From Candidatus Hydrothermales bacterium (GTDB lineage: Bacteria > Hydrothermota > Hydrothermia > Hydrothermales > JAJRUZ01): DNA of 64,000 bases. The position numbers and the translations under genes were made by a program. Of the stretch, positions 31,662 through 42,366 are shown one piece after another; within the stretch, counting starts at the first letter, position 1, and every line of letters starts with the position of its first letter. Under the pieces are notes generated by a model. The model had not been told where the DNA came from. It worked only from the letters and a program-made list of their open reading frames with translations, and searched no databases. The stretch is taken from NCBI GenBank assembly GCA_039630575.1, contig JBCNUW010000001.1, positions 96,659 to 160,658 on the forward strand, in the 5' to 3' direction.

Positions 31662-32420
31662 TTATTTTAAAGTAAAAATATTATAATTTGTAAAATTTAA
31701 AGGGTCTACAGGAAAACCTCTATCCCATAATTCAAAATGTAAGTGTGGTCCAGTGCTTCTTCCTGTATTTCCTACTTTACCTAAAATTTCTCCTCTTTTA
31801 ACCCACTCACCTTTTCTAACTGTTATTTCTTTTAAATGTCCATAAAAAGTTTTTATGCCATTTTTATGATCAACCCATAAATAAAGTCCAAAATCTTCAT
31901 CAATACCTTTTTCTTTAACAATTCCTTCAAGGGGCGATTTCACTGGTGTCCCAAGAGGAGCTACAATATCAACACCTGGATGGATAGGAGAAAAGAAATT
32001 ACTTATTAGTCCTTTAACAGGAAGATCAAAATAAAAAGTTAACCCTTTAAATTCCCTTTTACTTAAATCATAACTAAATGTATCTTCTAATTTTAAAACC
32101 TCTTTTAAAACTTTTTCTGGTTTTAAAAGATTTTCAAGCTGACTCGAAAAGGCAACAAATTTTTGAAGTTTTTTCTCGATTTCTATTATTTTTTTCTCTT
32201 GATGTTTTGCCTTTTGTACCTCATACTCAAGTAATTTCATCTTAGTAAAATTACTAAACATCCAAATTGAAAAAATCAATGAAAAAATTAGAAAAGAAAA
32301 AATAAAAAATAAAAAACCTCTTAAAAAATTAAGAATTAAAGGAGATAAATAAATTTGTCTTACTTTAGATGATCCCTCAGGTATAATTTTTAAAAATAAC
32401 CCTTTTTCCCTTTTCCTCAA
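31662..32420 (-). CDS. M23 family peptidase
   Basis: HPGVDI, YGHL, VGNTGRSTGPHLHFE; N-terminal TM plus coiled coil. Confidence 0.9.
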   Translation of the reverse strand: MRKREKGLFLKIIPEGSSKVRQIYLSPLILNFLRGFLFFIFSFLIFSLIFSIWMFSNFTKMKLLEYEVQKAKHQEKKIIEIEKKLQKFVAFSSQLENLLKPEKVLKEVLKLEDTFSYDLSKREFKGLTFYFDLPVKGLISNFFSPIHPGVDIVAPLGTPVKSPLEGIVKEKGIDEDFGLYLWVDHKNGIKTFYGHLKEITVRKGEWVKRGEILGKVGNTGRSTGPHLHFELWDRGFPVDPLNFTNYNIFTLK

Positions 32421-33406
32421 TTTGACGGGGGTTCCTCAATTATTGCGTTTATGAGTTTATATACCTCTTCCAAATCACTTCTTAGAATAAGAGAAGAAGG
32501 TGAGTGAGAGTATCTTACCGGTATTGTTATTGTAATTGTAGGAATACCACCTCTTGCGGTTTGTATAGAAAAAGCATCTGTTACACCATAGCTTCCGGCA
32601 TCTCTCTGAACCTTGATACCTCTTTTTTTTGCAAGATTCTCAAGATAACTGATAAGCTTTAAAGGAAATACAGTCCTTGAATCCATCACCCTGATTCCAG
32701 CACCACCTCCTAATTTAAAAGACCTCTCTGGTTCTGTATAGGTATCTCCAGTTGTCGATACATCCACTGTAAAAACAAAATCTGTTTCAATATATTCAGA
32801 AAAAACTCTCGCACCTCTCAAACCCAATTCCTCCTGTACATTAAAAACAAAATATAGGTCTCTTTCAAAACTTTCATTTTCTAAGAGTAAATTCACAAGT
32901 ACACTCACACCTGCTCTATTATCAAGATTTCTCGCAATTATTTTGTTATCTTGAATAACAAAACTTGAATATATAACTGCGGGTTCCCCTATTGAAACAG
33001 CTTTAAGAGCCTCCTCTTTTGATTCACATCCTATATCAATAATTATTTCTTCAAAACTATTTACATCCTGTTTTTTCCAGTTTTTTCCGTTAAATACCCC
33101 AACAACACCGCTTTTAAATATAACCATATGTCCTGTGTATAGGTGAGGGTAGACAGTTCCTACAGGTGAACACTTTAAAAATCCCCTCTTATCAGCATCA
33201 ACACAAACTATTCCTATTTCATCAATATGAGCTGAAAAAGTAATAGTAGGTTTCTTTCCTTTATTGTAAATTACCAAATTTCCAAACCTATCCTCTTTTA
33301 TGTCAAATTTCTTTCCTTTGAGAAACTCTTTAATTTTCTCCTTTACTTCTCCTTCAAAACCCGACGGTCCGAAAACTTCACATAATTCCCTTAAAATCCT
33401 CTCCAT
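32417..33406 (-). CDS. M42 family aminopeptidase
   Basis: GPSGFE, AHIDE, LDNR, QEELG, VD, RYSHS. Confidence 0.88.
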   Translation of the reverse strand: MERILRELCEVFGPSGFEGEVKEKIKEFLKGKKFDIKEDRFGNLVIYNKGKKPTITFSAHIDEIGIVCVDADKRGFLKCSPVGTVYPHLYTGHMVIFKSGVVGVFNGKNWKKQDVNSFEEIIIDIGCESKEEALKAVSIGEPAVIYSSFVIQDNKIIARNLDNRAGVSVLVNLLLENESFERDLYFVFNVQEELGLRGARVFSEYIETDFVFTVDVSTTGDTYTEPERSFKLGGGAGIRVMDSRTVFPLKLISYLENLAKKRGIKVQRDAGSYGVTDAFSIQTARGGIPTITITIPVRYSHSPSSLILRSDLEEVYKLINAIIEEPPSN

Positions 33407-34403
33407 ACATCTCCTCCATAATTTTTAAAAGTAATTTCTTAGTGTTATAGAGATCTTCTTTAAAAATTAAAGAAGCCTTTGAATGAATGTATCTACAGGG
33501 AATAGCCATCACCAGAGTCTTTACACCTCTATTTGTCAAAGAAACTGGTCCACCGTCTGTCGAGCCAGTAAAGGGGATTTTCCATTGAAATTTTATGTTA
33601 TTTTTAAAGGCAGCCCTTTCAACATAATTTATTAAAACTTCATTTACTATTAGAGATTTATCCATTTTGGTTATTACAGGGCCATATCCCAACTTAGGGT
33701 AATACTCCTCCTCAGGGTGATAAGGTTCAAAAGCAAAAGTACCCTCGATAATAAAAGCAAGATCAAAATTTCTTCTTGATGATGAAACTCTTGCTCCTAA
33801 TAAACCTGTCTCCTCTTGAACTGTAAAAACAAAATTTGTATCAAAAGGTATCTCTTCATCAAGAATTAAAGAAAGCACCAGAGCTGTTCCTGCTCGGTTG
33901 TCAAAAGATTTTCCTTTATAAACTTCCTTTCCAATCTCCTCGAATTTTGTCATAAAAACACCTTCTTCACCTATGTCAACTCTACTCTTTGCTTCTTCGC
34001 TTGAATAGGCTCCTATATCTATTACGAGATTTTTGAAACTGTATTCAATCTGCTTTTTTCTATGAGGAGGAAGACTTATAACTATACCTTTAGTACCATT
34101 TAAGAAAATAATTTCATTACCAGGTAAAATCTCCGCATCTAAGCCACCTATTGGTCTAAACTTAAGGTAGCCATCAGAGGTATATCCTGTTACTATAACA
34201 CCTACTTCATCAATATGAGCCATTACACAAACGTTTAATTTGATTTCCGCTTTTCCTCTTTTAAACACATAGAGGTTCCCAAAAAAATCTTCTTCATAAA
34301 AAATTCCTTTTTCTTCGAGTTTTGATTTAATATAGTCCTTTACCTCATCTTCTCTTCCTGAGGGTCCTTTAAGTTCTGATAATTCTTTTAAATATTCTAT
34401 CAT
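33378..34403 (-). CDS. M42 family aminopeptidase
   Basis: GPSGRE, AHIDE, FDNR, QEETG, IEGT, RYIHS. Confidence 0.88.
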   Translation of the reverse strand: MIEYLKELSELKGPSGREDEVKDYIKSKLEEKGIFYEEDFFGNLYVFKRGKAEIKLNVCVMAHIDEVGVIVTGYTSDGYLKFRPIGGLDAEILPGNEIIFLNGTKGIVISLPPHRKKQIEYSFKNLVIDIGAYSSEEAKSRVDIGEEGVFMTKFEEIGKEVYKGKSFDNRAGTALVLSLILDEEIPFDTNFVFTVQEETGLLGARVSSSRRNFDLAFIIEGTFAFEPYHPEEEYYPKLGYGPVITKMDKSLIVNEVLINYVERAAFKNNIKFQWKIPFTGSTDGGPVSLTNRGVKTLVMAIPCRYIHSKASLIFKEDLYNTKKLLLKIMEEMYGEDFKGIM

Positions 34404-37279
34404 TTTATTCCCATGGAGTTTTTGAGAGAGTCTATTTTATTCTTTACAAAATCAGGCAAATTTTTGATTCTTTCAACAAGTTTAAGAACATTTTTAAAGT
34501 TAACAGTATCTTTTTTTAAGTAATAGAGAGTAAGAAGATCCAAAACCAAAAAAGGATCAGCATACCTAAGGCTTAAAGCTTTGTTAAAGTTTTCTTCAGC
34601 CTTATCTAACTGTCCCATTCCAAGATAACTTTCACCCATTACTCTAAAGATTTCTGGGAATTGGGCTTCTTTTAAAGCGTCTTGTGCCTTAATTAAAGCC
34701 TTTTCAAACATACCAGCACGATTATATAGATCTGCTAATGTTAATTTTACAGCTAACCAAGCCCTTTTTTCGTCTGGTTCATCTCCCTTTATATCTCCCT
34801 CAAAAAGCTCAGAAAACTCAAATTCTTTTATTGCCTTTTCTAAATCACCTACAGACTGATAATAAAGTCCAAGAACTATTGCTAAGGATCTATACTGAGC
34901 AAGTAGCCTATCGTGTGTTAAATCCTTAAAAACACTTTCATCCTTTTTTCCATTTTTTATTATTCCCCTATATCTAAATTTTTTATGCAAATATTCCTCA
35001 GTTTTTTTAACATCCATCCCAGTTCCAAAAGGAGAATTTATTTCCTGTTTTATTGGTGTTACTCTGTATACCATTCCTTCAAGTAAAAGGTAGTCTGTAT
35101 AGTCTTTGTATGCTTTTCTCTCACAAGTCATCGAAAAAAATAAAGGTGGGGTAGGATTTTTATTTTTACCCTTTTCTAAAACTTCTCTCATAAATTCTTC
35201 ACCACTTAGAAGAAATATTTCAGGTATTTGGACTCCAGTTGGTAAGGTTTTTGTCTTTGTATCCTTGCCAAATTCATAGCCAAAAACTCCAGCAATTATA
35301 TCTCTTATCATAATATCTCTTATTAAAACTATCCCTCTTTCTGTCCTAAAAGGAACAAGTTTTTTTATCTCATCATCTGAAAAATGAATTGGAACCCCCC
35401 ATCTTTTGAGTTGTATGTTATACCAATCTGTATTCAAAAGAGAAAGATTAGCAACGATCACATTTTTTTTGTATCCAAATATATTCTGTAAAGCCCATAG
35501 GGGAAAAGTATCATTGTCACCATTTGTAAAAACTATTCCACCATCATCAACACAAGAAAGAAGATTGTAAGAATAATCCTCTGCTATATAATTTGAACTT
35601 CTATCGACCTTATGATAAAAGGCGCTAATTTGCCATATGGGTATTAAAAGCGAAAAAATTATAAAAATATACCTAAAATAAGGTAGAAATTTTTCTTTTA
35701 AATTTTCAAAGGTTAACCTGATAACTTCAAAGAATCCAAAACCAGCATATAGGCCAAAAATGAAGTAGCCTGGAATAAAAAAATAATCTCTGTCTCTCAC
35801 TTCTGTAGGAATTGAGCCCAAAAGCTGTAGAAAATTTTGATTATTTGGATCGAAAATTGAAATAACTTCTCTAATTCTTGGAGAAAACAGAATTTTTGGA
35901 AACTGTTTAATAAAATCAAGAAAAGTTATGAGGGTAGAAGGATAATTTAAATTAAGTTGAACAATAAGTCCAAAAGTGCCCATTATAAGGGCACCTCCAA
36001 ATAAAACAAAACTTTTAATATCAGAGTATAGATGAGCTATTATTCCTAAAATTCCTAAAATTACAATAAGAGGTATAAATTGGAAAGAAAAGTAATACAA
36101 AAATCCCCAGATCTGGTCTATAAAAGCCCAAAATTGATTATAAACAGGAACTGAGATAAATTCTCCCTCTCTTACATTACTTGTTCTTCGTGGGAAAACA
36201 TTCATAGGTTCGTACTGCTTTCTAGACAAAACATCCCAAAAAGCTTGCCAGGTTTTAGGCTCTACTTGATTTATTGGAATATCAAACCTAGATCTTATCA
36301 GAAGATAAGCCTCAGGAGTGACTCCTAAAAGAATCATTAAAAGTGTGAATCCCCTTGCATCTATGTAAAGTTTTACATAGAGGAAAAATATAATAAATGT
36401 TAAAAGTGCTGAAATAAAAATTAATATTTTCCAGTGATTAAATATGGAAATAAAAGAAATAAGTGCTAAAATAAAGTAAATTAGATCAAAAGAGTTAAAA
36501 AGAAACTTTCTGTTGTGTTTTTCCCATAAACTTAAATAGGTTAAAGTATAACCTAAAAATAAAAAAACTATTAAAGCTCTAAAACTAAAAGGTTCATAAG
36601 TCGCTCTTAATGCACCTATAAAAAGAAAGAGGAAACCTAAGGAAGAAAAAAATTGTACATTTAAAATTTCTTCTTTCTTAACGAAAATTATAAACAAAAT
36701 CAAAACAGGTACTATAATTAATGACAAAAGATGTATACCTGAACTTAAAGATAGAAAATAAAAGGCAGTAATTATATACCTTAAAGAATCCTTCTTATCC
36801 TTTCTTTCCCACCATGTATATAGAAAGTAAACTGAAAGGATTATAAAAAATGTTGAAGGCATGTAAGTTTCTGCTTCAATACTACTCCACCAAGTTGTAA
36901 AAGCAAAAGGTGCACATATTGATCCCATGAAGGCTGAAAATTGAATTAAAATATCAGGAACTTTCTTGGAGACTCTGTTTAAAATCTTATATAAAAGCAA
37001 ATAACCTAATGCAGATGAAAAAGCACCAGAGAGAATAGAGATAAGTGTGATTTTTTGAACTGTATTTAAAAATGGTACAGGAAGTAAAGCAAAAAACCTT
37101 CCAACAATAACATAAAGAGGTGTTCCCGGAGGATGAGGAATACCTAAAATATAGGAAGTTGCTAAAAATTCTCCTACATCCCAGAAAACAATTGTGGGAG
37201 CTGTTGTTTTAAGGTAAATTAAAAAAGTAATTAAAAAAGAAAAGAAGAAAAATACCTTAGTTAATTTCCTACTTTCCAT
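34400..37279 (-). CDS. DUF2723 / TMEM260-like membrane glycosyltransferase with C-terminal TPR
   Basis: TAPT..FWDVGEF....LGIPHPPGTP, EAETY, EVRDRDYFF, FTNGDNDTFPLW, NLSLLNTDW. Start moved to ATG 37279. Confidence 0.85.
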   Translation of the reverse strand: MESRKLTKVFFFFSFLITFLIYLKTTAPTIVFWDVGEFLATSYILGIPHPPGTPLYVIVGRFFALLPVPFLNTVQKITLISILSGAFSSALGYLLLYKILNRVSKKVPDILIQFSAFMGSICAPFAFTTWWSSIEAETYMPSTFFIILSVYFLYTWWERKDKKDSLRYIITAFYFLSLSSGIHLLSLIIVPVLILFIIFVKKEEILNVQFFSSLGFLFLFIGALRATYEPFSFRALIVFLFLGYTLTYLSLWEKHNRKFLFNSFDLIYFILALISFISIFNHWKILIFISALLTFIIFFLYVKLYIDARGFTLLMILLGVTPEAYLLIRSRFDIPINQVEPKTWQAFWDVLSRKQYEPMNVFPRRTSNVREGEFISVPVYNQFWAFIDQIWGFLYYFSFQFIPLIVILGILGIIAHLYSDIKSFVLFGGALIMGTFGLIVQLNLNYPSTLITFLDFIKQFPKILFSPRIREVISIFDPNNQNFLQLLGSIPTEVRDRDYFFIPGYFIFGLYAGFGFFEVIRLTFENLKEKFLPYFRYIFIIFSLLIPIWQISAFYHKVDRSSNYIAEDYSYNLLSCVDDGGIVFTNGDNDTFPLWALQNIFGYKKNVIVANLSLLNTDWYNIQLKRWGVPIHFSDDEIKKLVPFRTERGIVLIRDIMIRDIIAGVFGYEFGKDTKTKTLPTGVQIPEIFLLSGEEFMREVLEKGKNKNPTPPLFFSMTCERKAYKDYTDYLLLEGMVYRVTPIKQEINSPFGTGMDVKKTEEYLHKKFRYRGIIKNGKKDESVFKDLTHDRLLAQYRSLAIVLGLYYQSVGDLEKAIKEFEFSELFEGDIKGDEPDEKRAWLAVKLTLADLYNRAGMFEKALIKAQDALKEAQFPEIFRVMGESYLGMGQLDKAEENFNKALSLRYADPFLVLDLLTLYYLKKDTVNFKNVLKLVERIKNLPDFVKNKIDSLKNSMGIK

Positions 37280-39923
37280 AATGTTCTTCCATTTCACCTT
37301 CTTCTTCAATCTGTGCGTGGGCAGCAGCTATTCTTGCTATAGGTACTCTAAAAGGTGAACAGGAAACATAATCAAGACCTATTTTATGACAGAATTTAAT
37401 TGACTCGGGGTCACCACCGTGTTCTCCACATATTCCAATTTTTAAGTTAGGGTTAGACTTTCTTCCCTTTTTAACAGCAGTTTTCATTAAATCACCGACT
37501 CCTTTTTGATCAATTGTTTTAAAAGGATCATCTTTTAAAATTCCTTTTTCAATGTAGTAGTGAAGGAATTTACCAATATCGTCTCTTGAAAAACCATAGA
37601 CTGTTTGAGTGAGATCATTTGTTCCAAAAGAGAAGAACTCTGCTACTTTTGCTATCTCACCTGCTGTTACACATGCTCTTGGCAGCTCTATCATCGTTCC
37701 AACTTTATAATCAATTTTTATACCCTCCTTTTCCATAACTTCCTTTGCTACCCTATCGACTATCTCCTTCTGTAAATCTAGTTCATCCTTTATTCCCACG
37801 AGGGGTATCATAATCTCTGGAATTGCTTTTATTCCCTCTTTTATAGCCTTTGTAGCAGCCTCAAAAATTGCTCTTGCCTGCATTTCTGTGATCTCTGGAT
37901 ATGTAATTCCGAGTCTACATCCTCTATGACCAAGCATCGGGTTCATTTCTTTAAGAGTTTCTGTAATCTTTTTAATCTCCTCTACACTTTTTCCTGTTCT
38001 TTGGGATAATTTCTTCATTGATTCCTCATCTTTTGGTAAAAATTCATGAAGGGGTGGATCAAGAGTTCTAATTGTCACAGGATAACCATCCATTTCTTTA
38101 AAAATTAAATAAAAATCTTCTCTTTGAAGAGGCAAAAGTTTTTGAAGAGCTTTCCTCCTCTCCTCTTCTGTTTCTGCAAGGATCATTTCTTGCATTATAT
38201 ATATTCTTTCCCCCTCAAAAAACATGTGTTCAGTTCTACATAAACCAATACCTTGAGCTCCAAATTCCCTTGCTTTTCTTGCATCTTGGGGTGTATCGGC
38301 GTTGGCTCTAACACCTAACTTCCTCACTCTGTCTGCAAAGTTCAGTAGTTCTGTAAACTCTGGGAATATTTCCGGTTGGATCAATTCAGCTTTCCCAACA
38401 TAGACCTTACCTGTATTACCATCAATACTTATAAAATCACCTTCATTTAAAATCTTCCCATTAACTTCTAAAATTTTTTTATGCTCATCTATATGAAGCA
38501 TTTCACAACCAACAACACAAGGTTTTCCCATCCCTCTTGCCACTACAGCAGCATGGGAGGTCATTCCTCCTCTTGCTGTTAAAATACCCTTTGCTTTTAC
38601 CATACCATGAATATCATCAGGAGAGGTTTCAAGTCTTACAAGTATTACAGGCTCACCCATTTCAGCTCTTTTAAGTGCCTCATCTGCTGTAAAATAAATT
38701 TTTCCAACTGCTGCACCAGGAGATGCCGGAAGACCAACTGCTATAGGTGTATTTCTTTTCTCAAAGTCATTAGAAATCTGTGGATGTAAGAGTTTTTCTA
38801 TATCCTCAGATGAAACCCTTTTGAGTGCGGTTTTCTCATCAATTATTCCCTCCTTTACCATACTTACAGCAATTTTAACAGCTGCCTTTGGAGTCCTCTT
38901 TCCAACCCTTGTTTGTAGAAAGTAAACCTTTCCTCTTTCTACTGTAAATTCCATATCCTGGATATCTTTATAGTGTCTTTCAAGTTTTTCAAAAATATTT
39001 ACTAGTTGCTCATAAATTGTTGGATTCTTTAACTTTAATTCCGAAAGAGGTAAAGGAGTCCTAATTCCAGCTACTACATCCTCACCTTGAGCATTGAATA
39101 GAAACTCACCGAAAACTTCCTTTTCTCCTGTTGAAGGGTTCCTTGAAAAGGCAACCCCTGTTCCTGAATCTTCTCCCATGTTCCCAAAAACCATAGCCTG
39201 AACATTACAGGCTGTTCCCCAACTGTCTGGAATTTTATAAATTCTTCTATACTCAACTGCTCTTTTGTTATTCCAAGATTCAAACACTGCTATTATAGCC
39301 TTCCATAACTGTTCTTTTGGATCTTGAGGAAATTCAATATTTTTCTCATTTCTAACAATATCTTTAAATTTTTCTATAATTTCCTTTAAATCATTCTCAT
39401 CTAATTCATAATCATATTTAATACCCTTCTCTTTCTTTTTATGCTCAAGCACTTCTTCAAACTTCCTTCTCTCAATACCTAACACAATATCTGAAAACAT
39501 CATTATGAATCTTCGGTAAGAATCATAGGCAAATCTAAAATTACCTGTTACGTTTCCAAGACCCAAAACAGTTTGGTCATTCAGCCCTAGATTCAAAACC
39601 GTATCCATCATTCCAGGCATAGAAGCTCTGGCTCCTGATCTTACAGATACAAGAAGTGGGTTTTTAGGGTCTCCAAACTTTTTGCCGGTTCTTTCTTCAA
39701 GTAACTTAAGAGCTTTTTCTACTTCTTTTATAAGTCCTTTAGGTAAAGTTTTCTTTTTAAAATAATATACACAAGCTTCAGTTGAAATAGTAAAACCAGG
39801 TGGAACATTTATACCTATTCTTGCCATCTCATGAAGATTTGCCCCCTTCCCTCCTAATAGATCTTTCATGTTTGCATTACCCTCAGCCTTATTTTCCCCA
39901 AAAGAGTAAACATATTTTTTCAT
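37269..39923 (-). CDS. ppdK: Pyruvate, phosphate dikinase
   Basis: LLGGKGANL, SVRSGA..SMPGMMDT, GGMTSHAAVVARG, GIGLCRTEHMF, SFGTNDLTQ, CGEHGG. Confidence 0.98.
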   Translation of the reverse strand: MKKYVYSFGENKAEGNANMKDLLGGKGANLHEMARIGINVPPGFTISTEACVYYFKKKTLPKGLIKEVEKALKLLEERTGKKFGDPKNPLLVSVRSGARASMPGMMDTVLNLGLNDQTVLGLGNVTGNFRFAYDSYRRFIMMFSDIVLGIERRKFEEVLEHKKKEKGIKYDYELDENDLKEIIEKFKDIVRNEKNIEFPQDPKEQLWKAIIAVFESWNNKRAVEYRRIYKIPDSWGTACNVQAMVFGNMGEDSGTGVAFSRNPSTGEKEVFGEFLFNAQGEDVVAGIRTPLPLSELKLKNPTIYEQLVNIFEKLERHYKDIQDMEFTVERGKVYFLQTRVGKRTPKAAVKIAVSMVKEGIIDEKTALKRVSSEDIEKLLHPQISNDFEKRNTPIAVGLPASPGAAVGKIYFTADEALKRAEMGEPVILVRLETSPDDIHGMVKAKGILTARGGMTSHAAVVARGMGKPCVVGCEMLHIDEHKKILEVNGKILNEGDFISIDGNTGKVYVGKAELIQPEIFPEFTELLNFADRVRKLGVRANADTPQDARKAREFGAQGIGLCRTEHMFFEGERIYIMQEMILAETEEERRKALQKLLPLQREDFYLIFKEMDGYPVTIRTLDPPLHEFLPKDEESMKKLSQRTGKSVEEIKKITETLKEMNPMLGHRGCRLGITYPEITEMQARAIFEAATKAIKEGIKAIPEIMIPLVGIKDELDLQKEIVDRVAKEVMEKEGIKIDYKVGTMIELPRACVTAGEIAKVAEFFSFGTNDLTQTVYGFSRDDIGKFLHYYIEKGILKDDPFKTIDQKGVGDLMKTAVKKGRKSNPNLKIGICGEHGGDPESIKFCHKIGLDYVSCSPFRVPIARIAAAHAQIEEEGEMEEHYGK

Positions 39924-39952
39924 CTTAAATAAATTTTTATATAAAATTTATG

Positions 39953-39965
39953 AGGAATTGAACCC
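39953..39965 (-). promoter_or_regulatory. T-arm-like leader hairpin, copy 3
   Basis: Minus strand GGG-TTCAATT-CCT, 29 nt before the ppdK ATG. Confidence 0.55.
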
Positions 39966-40016
39966 TATTACTTAAACTTATTACTCAAAAATTAAAGTTA
40001 ATTTTAAAATGATTTA

Positions 40017-40889
40017 TTAAATAAATTCAAATCTATTTTTCCCTTTTTTCTTAGCTTTTAAAAGTGCTTTGTCCGCTCTGTTTATAAAGTATTCAAAATT
40101 ATCTATGTTATCACAAAGTGTGATCCCAATTGACACAGTGATCTTTTTTCCTATTTCCTTTTCTGATTTGTTACTTATTCTAAAAAGCAGATCTTCTGCA
40201 ATTTTTATAACTTCATTTTTTGTAATATCAGGTAAAACTATAAGGAACTCCTCACCTCCCCACCTCACAACAAATCCCCTGTCCTCTAATTCTCTTAAAA
40301 TTTTAGAAATAAAAACTATTAACATATCACCTGTTTCGTGTCCGTAGACATCGTTAAACTTTTTAAAATTGTCAATATCCAAAAGGAAAATATAACTTTC
40401 CCTTGCCTTTTTAAGTAAATTTTTTATTACTTGGTAAAAGGCTCTTCTGTTGTGAAGTCCAGACAATTCATCCTTTAAAGCAATTTCTTCAAGTTTTAAA
40501 ATTTTTTCTCTATCATCCTTTGTTAAAAGGGAAAGTCTTTTAGCAATATTCAACAATTCTCTTGTACTTTCATCAACCCCAAAATCTTCAGTGGTCAATA
40601 TAATATTATAAATTCCTACACTGATCTCATCACCTATATTTAACTTCTCTTTTTTTATTCTATGACCATTTAAAAAAGTACCGTTTTTACTTCCCATATC
40701 TTCTATGAAAAGATCATCATCTTCAATAAAAATTTTAAAATGCCTCCTTGAAACAAGATTATCATCAAGGACTAAATCATTTTCAGGGCTTCTTCCTACT
40801 AAAATTTCAATCTTTTTTATAGTAAACACTCGTAGGATCTCATTTCCCTTTTTTACGACTAAATTTAAATTTTTTTTATCCTTTAACAA
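40017..40889 (-). CDS. FHA-domain diguanylate cyclase
   Basis: VGR, VSRRH, DMGSKNGT (FHA); DIDNFKKFNDVYGH..GD, RWGGEEF (GGDEF). Confidence 0.9.
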   Translation of the reverse strand: MLKDKKNLNLVVKKGNEILRVFTIKKIEILVGRSPENDLVLDDNLVSRRHFKIFIEDDDLFIEDMGSKNGTFLNGHRIKKEKLNIGDEISVGIYNIILTTEDFGVDESTRELLNIAKRLSLLTKDDREKILKLEEIALKDELSGLHNRRAFYQVIKNLLKKARESYIFLLDIDNFKKFNDVYGHETGDMLIVFISKILRELEDRGFVVRWGGEEFLIVLPDITKNEVIKIAEDLLFRISNKSEKEIGKKITVSIGITLCDNIDNFEYFINRADKALLKAKKKGKNRFEFI

Positions 40890-42333
40890 CTCCTAAAGGT
40901 GTCAATTTTGCTACTTTTTTCGATATCTGTGCTCTATGCACCACATCTACCACAAGATCAAGATTTTTATATGCATCTGGTATCTCTTCTTCCATAGTAT
41001 CCCTTGAAGCAGCCCTTACTCTTACTCCAACTTTTAAAAGTTCACCTTGTATATCTCTGCCTTTGGCAGCTTTTATCGCAGCTGCTCTTGAGAGAACTCT
41101 TCCAGCACCATGACAAGTAGAACCGAAAGACTTCTCCATAGCTTTTTGTGTACCAACAAGTATGTATGAACCTGTTCCCATACTTCCTGGGATCAAAACA
41201 GGTTGCCCAACATCTTTATAAACCCCTGGAATTTCTGGATGACCAGGAGGAAATGCTCTTGTAGCTCCCTTCCTATGTACCCAAACCCATCTCTCTTTTC
41301 CTTCAACTGTATGTTTTTCCCTTTTTGCAATATTATGGGCAACATCATATATCATATCTATACCAAGTTCAATAGAACTTTTTCCCAAAACTTTCTCAAA
41401 ACTCTCCCTTACCCAATGAGTAATCATTTGTCTATTACACCATGCAAAATTTGCTGCTGCATTCATAGCTTTAATATAGTCTTGAGCCTCCCTGGAGGTA
41501 ATCGGTGCACATGCAAGCTGATTATCAGGAAGTTCTATTCTATATTTTTTCATTGCACCCATCATGATTCTAATAAAATCGTCGGCAATTTGATGTCCGA
41601 ATCCTCTTGAACCACAATGTATCATGATGCAAATTTGACCTAAAAATAAATTCATCTTTTTTGCTGTCTCCTCATCAAAAATTTTATCAACTACCTGTAA
41701 CTCAAGGAAATGATTACCTGAACCAAGTGTACCCAATTGAGGCATCCCTCTTTCTCTTGCTTTATTAGATACAGGCTCTGTTCCTGCTCCATCTAAAGAA
41801 CCATAAGACTCTGTTCTTTTCAGATCCTCTTCTGTTCCAAATCCTTTCTTAACAGCCCATTTTGCTCCCTGAATCATCACATCCTCTAAATCTCTTTCAC
41901 TTATTCTTATTTTCCCTTTTGCTCCTACACCTGATGGAATATTGTAAAATAAAGCATCTAACAATTTGTCAATATACTTTATAACTTCCTCTTTTTTTAA
42001 GTTTGTCCTTAAAACTCTTACACCACAGTTTATATCATAGCCTACACCACCTGGTGAGATTACCCCTTCTTTTTCATCCATTGCAGCAACACCACCAATA
42101 GGGAATCCGTACCCCCAGTGTATATCTGGCATAGCAAGAGAAGCTTTAATAATACCTGGTAAAAAAGCAACGTTTGCTACCTGTTCAGGTGCTTTATCTT
42201 GAATAATACTTTCCATAAGCTCTTTTGTTGCAAAAATTATACCAGGAACCCTCATACCTTTTTTATAAGTTTTTGGTATTTCAAAAGTTACCTCATCAAT
42301 TTGATTTAAAGGTCCATTCCATACTTCAGACAT
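40876..42333 (-). CDS. rtcB: RNA ligase RtcB
   Basis: MPDIHWGYGFPIG, GYDINCG, GSGNHF, HRKGATRA, PGSMG, HGAGR. Confidence 0.96.
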   Translation of the reverse strand: MSEVWNGPLNQIDEVTFEIPKTYKKGMRVPGIIFATKELMESIIQDKAPEQVANVAFLPGIIKASLAMPDIHWGYGFPIGGVAAMDEKEGVISPGGVGYDINCGVRVLRTNLKKEEVIKYIDKLLDALFYNIPSGVGAKGKIRISERDLEDVMIQGAKWAVKKGFGTEEDLKRTESYGSLDGAGTEPVSNKARERGMPQLGTLGSGNHFLELQVVDKIFDEETAKKMNLFLGQICIMIHCGSRGFGHQIADDFIRIMMGAMKKYRIELPDNQLACAPITSREAQDYIKAMNAAANFAWCNRQMITHWVRESFEKVLGKSSIELGIDMIYDVAHNIAKREKHTVEGKERWVWVHRKGATRAFPPGHPEIPGVYKDVGQPVLIPGSMGTGSYILVGTQKAMEKSFGSTCHGAGRVLSRAAAIKAAKGRDIQGELLKVGVRVRAASRDTMEEEIPDAYKNLDLVVDVVHRAQISKKVAKLTPLGVVKG

Positions 42334-42366
42334 GTTTTACCTCCTTTGTTAAAAACTTATTATAAT

